From NCBI RefSeq assembly GCF_006345805.1, contig NC_043014.1:26722001-26786000 (forward strand): 64,000 nt of DNA, in the 5' to 3' direction. The position numbers and the translations under genes are program-made. Below are positions 48,085 through 60,488 of this stretch, piece by piece. The first letter of the stretch is position 1, and each line of letters begins with the position of its first letter. Source of the stretch: Octopus sinensis. Lineage: Eukaryota. Below the pieces are notes generated by a model. The model was not told where the DNA came from and made no database searches. It was given only the letters and a program-made list of their open reading frames with translations.

Positions 48085-49560
48085 GTGTGAGGTTGCAAGG
48101 TTGCTATTTATAGCATGTCAACTGACCAAGTAGAGACTTGCTCCTAGGTTGCAGTAGTTCTTAGCAATGATAATTGCAAGGATATGAAGTCATTGTCTAA
48201 GTCCCAATCTCCTTTTCATGTGTCAGTAATGGAGCATTGGAGGGCGCATGGCTTAATGATTAGAATAAAATCAAAGCTATCTGCTGATTCTACACGGTGG
48301 AAGAAGGCTCCAACACTGATGTCATATACCTTGATTTCAGCAAGGCATTTGACAGAGTGGACCACAAAATCCCACTGAAGAAACTGTGCAACATTGGAGT
48401 TCGTGGAAAGCTGCTGCAGTGGATAAAGCGCTTCCTGAGAACAGAACCCAACAGGTCCTGTTTCAAGCTCAGCCAACATGTCCGATCAAGCTCAGCCAAA
48501 GTCAGTAGTTGTGTCCCACAAGGTACTGTGTTGGGCCCACTCCTCTTTATTATCTACATCGATGACATAGTAGATGTCATCAAACTTTCTACATTTAAAA
48601 TCTTTGCAGATGATTCCAAATTCCAGAAGGCCATAAACGATGGGAGACCGAACATGCCTTCAGTCGGATCTGTTTGCTGTTGTCCAGTGGGCGGAAAAGA
48701 ACAATATGCTTCTAAATGAAAAAAAGTTCAATTTGATCCACTTTGAAAAAGAGGTTACTCTGAAACTACCATATGCCCTCCCTTCGGGCGACTCCCTAGT
48801 GTCATCCAACAACACCAGAGGCCTTGGAGTAATTGTTGAAATACAATCTAAGCTGGAGTTCTCATGTAAACAGTAAGGTTGAATTGGCCAGCGAGATGTG
48901 CTCCTGGATTCTGAGAACTTTCCGATCTTGAGATTCTCACACCATCATCCTTCTCTACTCTACTTTCGCCCGATCCCACCTTGAATACTGTTGCCCACTG
49001 TAGTCTCTCCACAAGAAGCAACACATTATGCAAGTTGAAGCACTCTAGAGGTCAATAACAAGAAAGATAGACGGCATGACAAGCATTGACTATTGGGGTA
49101 GACAAAAAAAAACTTAATCTCTCTCTCCAACGCCGCCGGAAGCGCTACATCATTTGTGTGATGTGGAAAATATTCCATCAATATTGCACAAATGATGTTC
49201 ACATCAATTTTAAAATCCACCCAAGACATGGCTCCCGTGCTTTCCACCCACTACAAAAATCGAACTCAGAACACAACAACATTACGACACAGCTACTTTA
49301 CCTCAACTGGTCCAGCTCACCAAAATACGTCAAAATGGAAACGGATCCCATAAAATTCAAAAGTTCTCTGGACAAATTTCTCCAAAAAACTCTCGGACCA
49401 AACTCCTACACCCGGATATGTCTCCAACAATAATAACTCTTTACTAGAGTGAGCAATGGTGCCCCATATATGACTAAAATACTTCACCAGTTAGACATGG
49501 CCTGGGCTTATACTGGCCGAAACCTATCAAAGTTAATACAGATAATTATCTAAGTCTGTT
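48085..49560 (+). mobile_element. 5'-truncated CR1-like LINE running to its 3' end (contains copy 2 of the 651-bp duplication)
   Basis: RT motifs as at 39951, continuing as WILRTF, RPHLEYC, RRRKRYIICVMWK and a 3' UTR. Confidence 0.85.
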
Positions 49561-51977
49561 CATCTGAAAGCCCTGGAAATCCAGAACATTTTTATTGCCA
49601 ATAGACACATTGTTACCAATGAAGTCGCTATTATTTTGCGTTTCTTGCTGAATGCAAACAAAAAGTGATTAAGTATTGGACGACCTAATGAAAATTTTGG
49701 ACAGAGCGGAAATTCTCGAAATAGTCGAACTTTTAACTTAAATACTCATTTAGAAAACACCCCACTCACTCTACAGATTGTACAGAGACGATTGTTGAAC
49801 GGTTTCCGGTAATACGATTAGCCATCGCAAGAGCATATTTTACAGAAGAACCAGACAGGTATATTTAAGGAACACGATTTCGATATCAACATTAACATTG
49901 ATTTTACAGTCGCAGAAGGAGCTGGAGTGAAGGGTGAGCGAGGACGTTAACCAGATAAGTATTGACAAGAATAACGTTTGAAAAGCAAGAGACTTTGGTG
50001 ATGCGACAGCGTTACTAATACATTCTGCTGTCGTTGTTGTTGTTGTTATTGCTGCTGCTGCTGCTATCACCACCACCACTGTCACTACTACTACTACTAC
50101 TACTACTACTATACTACTACTACTACTACTACTGTTGTAATTGTAGTTGTTTAATTCCAGATCACCCAATAGACCCAATAATCAAAAGCATTTTAACCGC
50201 GACCAACCCCTCTTTTTGGCATTGCATATTTCAGACTACTTTGTTCAATATTTCCTTCCTTTTGTTTAAGGGCGGTAAAATGTGATTTGTGTTTTAGAGA
50301 CTTCACCAGAGTGCCGTTTCAAATTTGAGCATGAGTGAAATTTCACCTGGGGGCGAGGAGCTCCCCACTTCTGACGCAGAGGCTCGCGTTGATGGAGTTG
50401 TAGATGTTGCTTTCTATCCCATCAATCATCTTTTTCATACGTCTCAAGTGATCTCCACAACCATCACTACTATCAACACCAGTCATTATCATTTATTCAA
50501 GTCTACTCTTAATTCTGTGTAAATACTCAGACAAGAAGTTTCCAGAAAATGATGACAACACTAAAATGGCGAGTGAAACACTCCTTCACCAGACACGCTG
50601 ACTAATATACTATTTAAAGTTTGACTGTCAGGCTGGACGTTTGTTTATCTGGCTGTCTGTGTATGTATCGAGAGAGGTGGCTGCTATTCCTCTCAATACG
50701 TTGACCTGTCTAACTGATTGTGTGTGTGTGGTTAATGTCTTCTGTTTTTGTTTTGAATAGCCTGCATTTGTTATCAGCTGATGCTTTCTGTCTTTTTTGT
50801 AGAAAGTACATGGTGAGCATTTCTTGATCCAAAGTTGTTGGGTAACATTCGAAATAAAATGGTATAAACTTGGTGGTACTCAAAAACGGACTCTTATTAC
50901 GATACGTTCCTTCTATGGTTCATGTTTTCTGCTTCAAGTACCTATACCCATATACAAATCCAATTTTTTAATGGTAATTTTTTAATGGGTGGGGGTGAGA
51001 TAACCCCCCCCCCATTACCGAGAGAGAGAGAGAGAAAGTTGTGTCAGCTTGTGTGTATGATTAAGGGCGATTTAACTGTTAAATCTAGTACATCTCACAA
51101 CCACTTTTCTAGTTTCTTCGTCACTCTGACATGTATTGATGTTTTTCAATATCTTTTCTCCCTATAAACACATTTAATGGAATGATGATGCACCCAAGAG
51201 CGGTCCATTGCTGGGATTTAAGCAAAAAATTCGGATTGTCTGTATTTTAAACTCTGATTTTTTAAAAAATTCAAATAAGAGTGGAATTTTTAGGATTTAT
51301 TTTCTTTCAGAAATAATTTCTTATATATATATATAATTGTATGAATTACCGTATACTGAATACAAATTCGCAAAAATTTTCTGAAAACTCCAAATAATTT
51401 TTTTTTAAAGTGACGAGGTATTATATGGAGTTATATGGGGTGCTTGAACCAGAATTCCGCCTATTCAACTTCTCTACCCACTATTCCAGAAAATGTCGTT
51501 GGAGTAGAGTCTTCGGGCATCTCCTTTCACAGGGTCCTATCAGAAACAACTGTCATTACACATACCTCTTTCTTTTCAGCCATTTAAATCTAGCCATCCT
51601 TGCTTCTACATTTCGTTATAAATTGACATACATACTAAGCACAGTGAAACAAAGGGTATGTTTAAATGTTTATGATCAATTGAAATTACAGCGGTTTAGT
51701 GGGAGGATTATTAGCGTTAATGAAAACTCTTGTGAAGAAAGGTCCAAAACAGAGCTCTGAAATTTGAATTGTGTAAACATTAAATGCAGTATGGCGTGAG
51801 ACAATTTTGAATAAATATTGTGACAACTCAAGACAAGTTTCACTCTTATTATATCTCATCAGCAAGTACTAACCAAATCATAGACTGACTGAGAGAATAT
51901 TGTTTTCCATGTTAACAATCATTTGCCTGGTTAGGAGATTTAAATTAATGACTCTGCGATAAATCGAGCCCATGCCT

Positions 51978-52190
51978 TTGTAACTGAGAAGGCAAAAACT
52001 GTTTTAGTCATTTGACTGTTGCCATGCTGGAGCACCATCTTGAAGAATTTAGTCGAACAATTCAACTCCAGTAAATCATTTTTTAAAAGTTTGGTACTTA
52101 TTCTATCCGACATTTTATCCAAGCGCTAGTTGCAGGAACGTAAACAAACGAACGTCGGTTGTCAAGCGGTGTGGGAAGAGGGACGAACAC
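51978..52190 (-). mobile_element. SINE family A 3' part
   Basis: tcatttgactgttgccatgctggagcacc is the reverse complement of the SINE A 3' core. Confidence 0.7.
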
Positions 52191-52384
52191 AGACACGCAC
52201 ACACATGCATACACATGTATGTATATATGTGTGTTTGTTTGTTTGTGTCTGTGTGTTTGTATGTGTGTACGTACGTACGTATGTATGTATGTATGTACGT
52301 ACGTACGTATGTATGTATGTATGTATGTATGTATGTATGTATGTATGTATGTATGTATGAATGTATGTATATATGTATGTAAAC

Positions 52385-52735
52385 GTGATAAACTTCTGGA
52401 AAGTTTTATGCATTTTTACAGTTCCAGTGATGGACTGAATTTGTAGTCTTCGAATCAGCTTTCCCCTTTCTGGTTTTGAGAAGCCTAATTCCTCAAGATT
52501 GGTATTTAGGCAGTATGTTACTTATCCCAGTACCCTAATAATTACAGGTATAAACTTGAACTTGTACTCTGGACAGAGTAACTGCAAATTTCTCAATAGT
52601 CCAGCGTAGGTATTCTCTTTTTCACTGATCTTCAAGCTTTATGTTAACATCCGGTGAGCAGCTGATTTCCACAACTGTACCCAGTTTCTCTTCTCTATCC
52701 CAAATCATTATATCAGGTCTGTTGCGTTTACATTG
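52385..52735 (-). mobile_element. RLE-type non-LTR retrotransposon C-terminal fragment
   Basis: NRPDIMIWDREEK...VEISC..D..K.EKENTY...FIPVII.VLG...IQSITGTVK, i.e. PD-D/E restriction-like endonuclease. Confidence 0.75.
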
Positions 52736-52971
52736 TATTGAGGTTTATGTATGTATGTATGTATGTATGTATGTATGTATGTATGTATGTATGCATGTAT
52801 GTATGTATGTATGTATGTATGCATGCATGTATGTACGTATGTATGTATGTATGTATGTACGTACGTACGTACGTACGTATGTATTTGTATGTCTGCATGC
52901 CGTATGTATGTATTCGTATAAAGTCATGTTATTTAACACTTTCGAGTTTAATCGGACAGTAATATCCCTGT

Positions 52972-53009
<38 letters not shown>

Positions 53010-53026
53010 GTGTGTGTGTGTGTGTG

Positions 53027-53071
<45 letters not shown>

Positions 53072-53192
53072 TGTGTATGTGTGCGTGCGTGCGTGCGTTG
53101 AAATGCACGTGAGCAAAGATATCTGAATCCAGTTGCCATTTTGTCGTCAGTCAATTTTCGCTTACTTAGCAACAATCCACGTTCGATTCCAG

Positions 53193-53316
53193 AGATCTTC
53201 CAAAGGCCATTCTACTGACATTCTTTATTCTCATCACCTCATATATACTGATCAATGCTGCTTACTATACTACACTCAGCCCTTACGAGATAATCAACTC
53301 TTCATCGGTAGCACTG
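53193..53316 (+). CDS. SLC7 transporter exon 5
   Basis: ccAG| (R)DLPKAILLTFFILITSYILINAAYYTTLSPYEIINSSSVAL |GTAAGT; 124 nt, phase 2-0. Confidence 0.9.
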
Positions 53317-53325
53317 GTAAGTTCA

Positions 53326-53381
<56 letters not shown>

Positions 53382-53468
53382 CATTATCATCATTATTATT
53401 CACTTCACTACCGAGCGCAGCTCTGTGTGCCTTGGGTATGTGCTGTGTTTGTTGTGATGCTCTGATGG

Positions 53469-54312
53469 TTACTGTATTGAAAGTGTTTTGCGTAGGATTT
53501 GTGCAGTGCCCAGTAGTGCAATTTTCTGTATATTATATGTATTTGTAAGTCCTGGTGTTGTTGTTATGTATTTGCCTGAATATTTTTTTATCATACCTAA
53601 TGCGCCTACTATGATAGGAATTGTTTCTGTTTTTAGATTCCACATTCGAGTTACCGCTATTTCCAGGTCTTTGTATTTTGAAAGTTTCTCCATTTCTTTT
53701 AGAGATACGTTGTCATCTGCTGGTATTGATACATCAATTAGAAGGCATTTTTTTCTTCGTGGTCTCTGACAACTGTATCTGACCTATTAGCCTTAATTTC
53801 TCTATCTGTGTGCATTGGCATATCCCAGAGTATGGTTGCTTTCTCGTTTTCTGTGACCTTTTCTGGTGTGTGCCTATACCATCTTTTTTCTGTTGTTCTG
53901 CCATAATGTTGGCATAGCTTCCAGTGTATGTAAGTCCCATCTCTGTCGTGTCTGTGAATATATTCCTTCTTAGCCAGGACTGGGCAGCTAGAGATAATGT
54001 GATTTATTGATTCTTGCCCATCTCCACATATTCTCCAGTTACTTGTTATGTTTCTTTTCATTATATGTTTTTGGTAATTTCTGGTGGGGAGGCTTTGGTC
54101 TGGTGCTGCAATTAAAAATCCCTCCGTCACTGCTTTGAGTCCTGAGCTTCTCAACTATTGCTGGGATTTTTCTTTGTCTATTTCTTTTGCATTTAGTTTA
54201 GTCCAGTATTTGTCATGAAGGTTTTCTTACCATCGTTTTATCATGGTCCGTTGCTGTTCTAGTTTTAGTTTGGATTTCATTTGTTTTATAGCTTTTGTTG
54301 TTGTTTCTTCTT

Positions 54313-54343
<31 letters not shown>

Positions 54344-54710
54344 TTTGTTAGGTGGTATGAGTTCTTGTATTTGTCAGCTTCCTTAAATACTGAGAACAGT
54401 TTTGCTCGTGTTTTGCCGCTATTTGTATCAGTTTCCTTGCTTCTGAAGTAGATATTTTTGCAGTCCTATGGTGGTTATTTTATAAGAGTTTTCCAGCTGT
54501 ATAAGGCCTCTACCACCTTCTATTTGTTGTCTATATAGCTTTTCTATGTCAGATTTTGGATGATGCATGCTAGATCCGGTCATTTTTTTGGGTTTTCCTG
54601 TCTATTTTGGTTAGTTCATTTAGTGTCCAGTTAAGGATATTGTAGCTGTAACTTATAACTGGGACGGCTAAAGTGTTAATGCCTATTATCTTGTTTTCAG
54701 CATTGAGCTC
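53469..54710 (-). mobile_element. R4/Dong-like non-LTR retrotransposon 3' part
   Basis: EGFLIAA.DQSLPTRNY, RICGDGQESINHIISSC..LAKKEYIHRHD, EKLSKYKDL..IPIIVGALG..IQKIALLGTA. Confidence 0.85.
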
Positions 54711-54723
54711 TGTTTATTATTAC

Positions 54724-54776
<53 letters not shown>

Positions 54777-54777
<1 letters not shown>

Positions 54778-55017
54778 GACGGCGGATTGGCAGAATCATT
54801 AGCATGCCGGGCGAAATGCTTAGCGGTAGTTTGACTGTGGGTACTAAAGAAATGGGTATTTTGTCTGCCTCTGTGCTCTAAGTTCAAATTCCGCCGAGGT
54901 CGACTTTGCTTTTCATCCTTTCGGGGTCGATAAATTAAGTACTAGTGTAACACTCGGGTCGATGTAATCAACTAGTCCCCTCTCCACAAATTCTAGGCCT
55001 TGTGCCTATAGTAGAAA
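54777..55017 (+). mobile_element. SINE family B
   Basis: ggcggattggcagaatcattagc...ccgccgaggtcgactttg...ggccttgtgcctatagtagaaagg. Confidence 0.85.
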
Positions 55018-55026
55018 GGGTTATTG

Positions 55027-55772
55027 TTACCTCCGCCTTAGCGAAGGCAGAGGTATTGTTTTCAGTCGTGTTTGTTCGTCTCTGGACAAAATATCTCAAG
55101 AACCGCTGAATGGATTCGGATGAAATTTTCAGGGATGTTTGGCTTTGTGACTGGCACGGTCTCATTAGATTTTGGGATCGATCTGGTACCGGACAAAGAT
55201 TCTGGATTATTTTTCCGATTTCTTTACTTAACATGTATATGTAAAGTTTCACATAGTTCTCTTGAACACGCACAAACATGCACACATATACTCACACATT
55301 TTCAGCGTTGAACATTACCATCCCATTTCCCTTGTACACGCACGTGCACGCGCACGCAAACATACCTCTCTTTTTCTCTTTTACACACACATATAGTCAC
55401 ACTTCAAACGCCGTTTTTCGGCATTTTCACTCCTTCCTTCTCATTCATACGACGCTCTCTTTGCCACTTCATTTTGTCTTTCTCATTGTCATTAGTTTCT
55501 CTCACTTCCTCTCAGCCATGGCTATTACTCTGACTACTTCTCCTTCACTGCATTACTATTTCATCTCCTCTCCCTTCACCTCTCAACCAATATACATATA
55601 TATTTGGATTATTTTTCCGTTTGAGAGCGGTCGGGTTCATTTTTAGTATTCTCGTTTGTGAGAGCAGTCCAGTCTATTTCAGATATTCTCATTTTAAAAA
55701 TCATCTCCGGCTAATCGTTGAGAGGACATTGGTGTTGCCTTGGCGGAGGTTTGCGCTCTCTGAGTGCTTTTA
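55027..55772 (+). mobile_element. Helentron-type non-autonomous element with a ~370-bp internal insert
   Basis: ttacctccgcc...ccttggcggaggtttgcgctctctgagtgctttt ends; insert bounded by duplicated tggattatttttccg (~55203 and ~55604). Confidence 0.65.
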
Positions 55773-55980
55773 GTGAGCTGGCCGAATCGTTAGCACGCCA
55801 GATAAACTGCTTAATAGTATTTCGTCCGTCTGAACGTTCTGAGTTCAAATTCTGCCGAGGTTGACTTTGCCTTTCATCCATTCGAAGTCGTTAAAATAAG
55901 TACCAGTTGAGTACTGGGGTCTATGTAATCGACTACTCCCCTTCCCAAAAGTTTCAGGCCTTGTGCCTATAGTAGAAAGG
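55773..55980 (+). mobile_element. SINE family B
   Basis: gagctggccgaatcgttagcacgcc...ctgagttcaaattctgccgagg. Confidence 0.85.
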
Positions 55981-56588
55981 ATTATTATTATTATTGAGTG
56001 AGAGATCAGCGCATGCCATCAAGTTGACAATGGGGTTCAAATATACGAAGCCTAATACACCCATCATGACAACCAAGCACATGCATCACAACAATATGTG
56101 CGCGACATGTTAATCTCATATCACGATAAATAGCGCATGACCTTGCAGGTGGGGGCCCAGCTAGAATTTTCTTCAGGTCGAGTAGCCCATCCTATTCAAA
56201 AGGTCCCTGAATAAGGATTGTTTAAGGATGATGAACGAAACATCTATGTTTCTAGAGGTGAAATATTCAAACCCAAAGAATTCCTCTCAACACACGGCTA
56301 TGATACTCCCCAACTACTTCTGCTAGTGATCAGAGATACACATATCGTCAGCCACCAAAGGACATGCGCAACTGGTTATGGTCAACAATGACAAGCAAAT
56401 CTGTGGTATTGAGCAGAATATTTGGTTTAGCCCATCTTTTATACCGAGACAAAACAATGTACATGATAACACTTCCAATCAGTTAAGATGGGAAGCCATG
56501 AGAGCCACTGCCTGGTACTGCATCAGGGTATTTATAATAATAATAATTATTATCATCATCATCATTCTCATCATCATCATCATCATCA

Positions 56589-56637
<49 letters not shown>

Positions 56638-56641
56638 AGAA

Positions 56642-56751
56642 ACAATAAGAAGAGTGTGACTGTTATGGAATGAACAATATTTCGACATCTCGTGTGTCTT
56701 CGAAATGTCGAAATATTGTTCATTCGATAGCAGTCATACTCTTCTTATTGT
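56642..56751. repeat. Hairpin: 47-bp arms, 16-nt loop
   Basis: 56642-56688 vs 56705-56751, with two G/T pairs and one G/G mismatch. Confidence 0.9.
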
Positions 56752-56989
56752 ATCTTTACTTTCTGGAGGAGTAACATCAATCCTTGAATATTATTATTAT
56801 TTTTGTTGTTGTTATTCGTGTTTGGAAGTCTCACTACGTTGTTCGTAAGTTTTCTTTTTAAAATCTGTTGTTTTATTAGTTGGTATTCCAAATTTCTTTG
56901 AACTGATAGCTAGATAACCTAGCTTGCTATAGGTTGTCGAGCTGCTCAGGTGAGAATTCACCCCATAGGGGCGAATTTAAGATTGCAAA

Positions 56990-58470
56990 TTTAATATTTT
57001 AAAACAAAAATATCAATATGGCTTCCCAAATCGAGGGAAGCGACGACGGTTGGAATAGCTGCTATGACGTTGTTTCCTCACCACTAATCAGTGTGGCCGA
57101 AAAACGAAGCCCAGGCAGCTGCAGCAGCAACAACAACAGCAACCACAACAACAGAAGTAGCAACAGCGACGAGGAAGATATATTTTAAAACGAGGCAAGC
57201 ACTACTTCCATCATCGTCCCCAATACCAACATCAATACCATCACTACTACCACCACAACTACCACAAACAATAATAAAACGACAACAGCGGCCGTTCGGT
57301 TTTTCTAAGCAGAATGAGAACGAATTCGCGCCAACTTGTTGGAAAATAGAGAGAGTCGAGTTAACACAAAAAATGTTGACAAACGCACTTATTAAAGAAC
57401 GGCAGAATAGTTTTCCTTAATACACAGGAGGAAGTACAAGAAAAATGCATATCATTAAAGACGAATAAAATGGAGCAAATGATGCAGGCCCAGATCGAAA
57501 ACGCCTGAAACCCGTCTGGGGGTTTAAAAACTTATGTCGCCCGAGGGAGATACTATGGCACAGTTGAGATAAGATTCTCAACTGAAAAGTTAGCCAAGGA
57601 AAATGCTACAACAACCCTCAAAAGTGAGGAACTATGGCTAATCCTGACATACCTCGGTGGAAGGGTTGTTAAAATAAAGGTAGCGGAGGTGCTACCAGAA
57701 TTGGACGTCTCTTTGCAGATAGCAGCAGTATTATACGGCATAGAGGACAAAAAAAATTCTACAAGTCCTGAAAACGAGAAAGGAGAATTGGTCGTGCACG
57801 GGCGTGGAACTATGGTTACACGCTGATTTGTGTGGTGTCGAAGCTATCCTTGACCTGATCGATCTAACTAATGGAACAGGTATTTGTAGCGGTACTGGAC
57901 AGAAAACCGAGATTCCTCATTTGTGACGAAACGAACCATTTAAAAGTTTTCTGTCCCATGCAAGCAAAAGAAAAAAATCCGATGCTGCAGATACCTCCAA
58001 CACAGCAGCAAAAATAACAGTAGCAACGCTACCACTATCAACCACAGCAACGACTGACCCCGTCAACACACGCTTACTTAATTCGCTAATAGAAAGGACC
58101 CAAGTAAGAGGGATCAAATAGAAAATTTTAGGCCCATAACGCTGCTGAAGGCAGATTTCAAAGTTTTGGCCAAGGTGTTAGCAAAGAGGTTGGCGCTTGT
58201 AGAACTGGTTGGTGATGCGCAGACATGCGTAATGTCAAGCAGATCCGTCCATCACCTCCACCTCATGTGATATATCATAGACAGGGGAGAGGCTAAAGAA
58301 GCTGACATGGGTGGAGCCCTGATCAATTTCGATCGACCCCTAATACTTGGTCGCCGTTCTCACAGCGGCCGATTTCGAGCCCGTTTTCCGTGGCAGTAGT
58401 CAGGGCGACCATGATTTTGTGGGATTTCTACGAGCAACCCTAGGAAGTCTCCCGCTTTGGGGGAATTATT
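56990..58470 (+). mobile_element. Internally deleted L1/Tx1-like LINE (ORF1 remnant joined to RT fragment)
   Basis: LICDETNHLKVFCP knuckle remnant; FRPITLLKADFKVLAKVLAKRL and GGALINFD RT motifs; related to the element at 29350-31800. Confidence 0.7.
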
Positions 58471-58963
58471 CATTATTATAATTGTATATTGATACTATTT
58501 TTCTACTTTTTATATGCTTTTATGTAGCCCCATATTTTATAGTGCTGTACCGTCCCCAAGAATCAATGTAAATAATTAAAGTCTTAAATGTGTATGCGTG
58601 CATGTGTGTGTGTGTGGTACGGTAATGTAAGGTGCGACAGTTTCCATCCTACAAAACTTGCAATTCTTTATAAAGCGTTCAAATGTTTACATTCTATTAA
58701 AGTAATCAAAGATTAGTTGTAAATATCATGGTCTGTTCATTAAAAAAAAAGCGCTCCATAGTACAGTGATGACAGCGGCAAAATTAAAGTTGACAGCTCA
58801 AGATGGACAGCAGCGTAATCAAGACGGCAGATAACAAAATGAAGCTCACAATGATGAATTTGAGGTTGACGCTGACGAATTGGGTGGGGGTGCGTGTGTG
58901 TGCCTTTATTAATGCGGGCGTACACACACACACACACACACATATATACACATATATATATAT

Positions 58964-59000
<37 letters not shown>

Positions 59001-59052
59001 GTACTGGTACACCGGCGATTATAATTAATTTTATTGTATCGCATTTATCTTT

Positions 59053-59095
<43 letters not shown>

Positions 59096-59364
59096 GTAAT
59101 GGTAACATACTACCTCAAAGTGGATGCTTCGTAAAGAACAATAACAATACTCTTTTTAACCCCAGGAAGATACCTCCTGGAGCTGGTTAACGACACAGTA
59201 ACTGTGCCCGTTATATTGCAAACAAGGGAGAGAACAACTCCAACTCCCATCCAGCAGTGACAGGAACAGTAGACCAGCTGGTTTTGGTGTCTTACCCTGC
59301 CTCAGTACTGGTACACTTGTCAGACATGGCAGTCGTTCGTTCCAGTTAGCTTTATATAAATAAA

Positions 59365-60482
59365 CTAGCTTAAGGTGAGCAGCTCTACGCGCGGGTAAGA
59401 GTGTGGTTGTTACTTTCTGTTGCTTCCTTTCTGTTTTTTATCACTACATTCTCCCTCTTTGTTGCTCTTTCCTTTCTCTCGGACTCTCCCTCGCTTTCTC
59501 TTACTCTCTATCTTTCTCTACCTATCTCTTTCCCATTTATAAACAACAAAACATCTTGAGTAAGCTGAGAGGAAAATATTACCTTACCTGGAAAGAGGCA
59601 CAGGTTAGAATATTTTGAAAGATCAATCCTGGCTTCCCAAACCCCGGTCAAACTGTCCAACCCGTGCTAGCATGGAAAACGGACGTTAAACGATGATGAT
59701 GATGATGATGATGATTCTCCCTCTTTGTTTCTCTCTCCTTTCTCCCTCACTTTCCCCACTCTCTTACTCTTCCTTTCTCTCGGACTCTCCCTCGCTTTCT
59801 CTTACTCTCTATCGTTATCTATCTATCTCCCATTTATAAACAACAAAAGATCTTGAGTAAGTTGAGAAATAAAATATTTAGAAAGATCAATCATAAATAT
59901 CAGGCAGTGACAACGGAGAGGTCTGCTTCAAGGCGGACAGCAAAACACTAACATTTAAAAGGGACAGACATTATATATATATATTTATATATAGATACAG
60001 GCACACACACACACATATCTAAATTAACCCAATAAATATCTTATTCATAATATTTGTTCTCGTGATTGTGTGGTGATGGTGACGATAATAAAACACTCTA
60101 TGAATGCACAGACGTACACAGAGAGAGAGGGGGGAGGGGGATGCTGTGAGGGAAAGAGTGACAGCGCTGGCGAAGGCAGCGTGGGAAAGATAGTAGTAGC
60201 TGTCAAGCGTCGTTATAGAGAGAATGTGAAGGGAAGAGAGGAAAGAGAGAGAGGCGGAGGAAGACAGACAGATAAGAGAATGAGAGAAGACTTGTCAAAG
60301 TGTGCGTTTTTTGCCCTAGTAAGCACACCTTTTAAGATAGGGATGTCTAACCTAGCCCGCTCCCATCCTCACCTCATTTTACATGTCCTTGTAAATTTTG
60401 GAGTCAATCCGACGGGATCTAGTGCCCTTTAACCCGTTCCAATGCCAAAACCAGACAAACTTTTTTATTTCAGATTTATAGA
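59365..60482 (-). mobile_element. Non-autonomous Helitron, unit 1 of a head-to-tail array
   Basis: Minus strand begins TCtataaa at 60482 and ends with acccgcgcgtagagc..-type hairpin plus CTAG at 59365. Confidence 0.7.
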
Positions 60483-60488
60483 TATTGA

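Noticed and set aside
51560-51655. AG/GT-bounded segment (HLNLAILAS...) as a possible SLC7 exon
   Set aside because: Poor match; the exon at 53193-53316 fits both phase and sequence.
58745-58890. Coding-looking acidic stretch (QNEAHNDEFEVDADEL)
   Set aside because: Contains stops in each frame; no family recognised.
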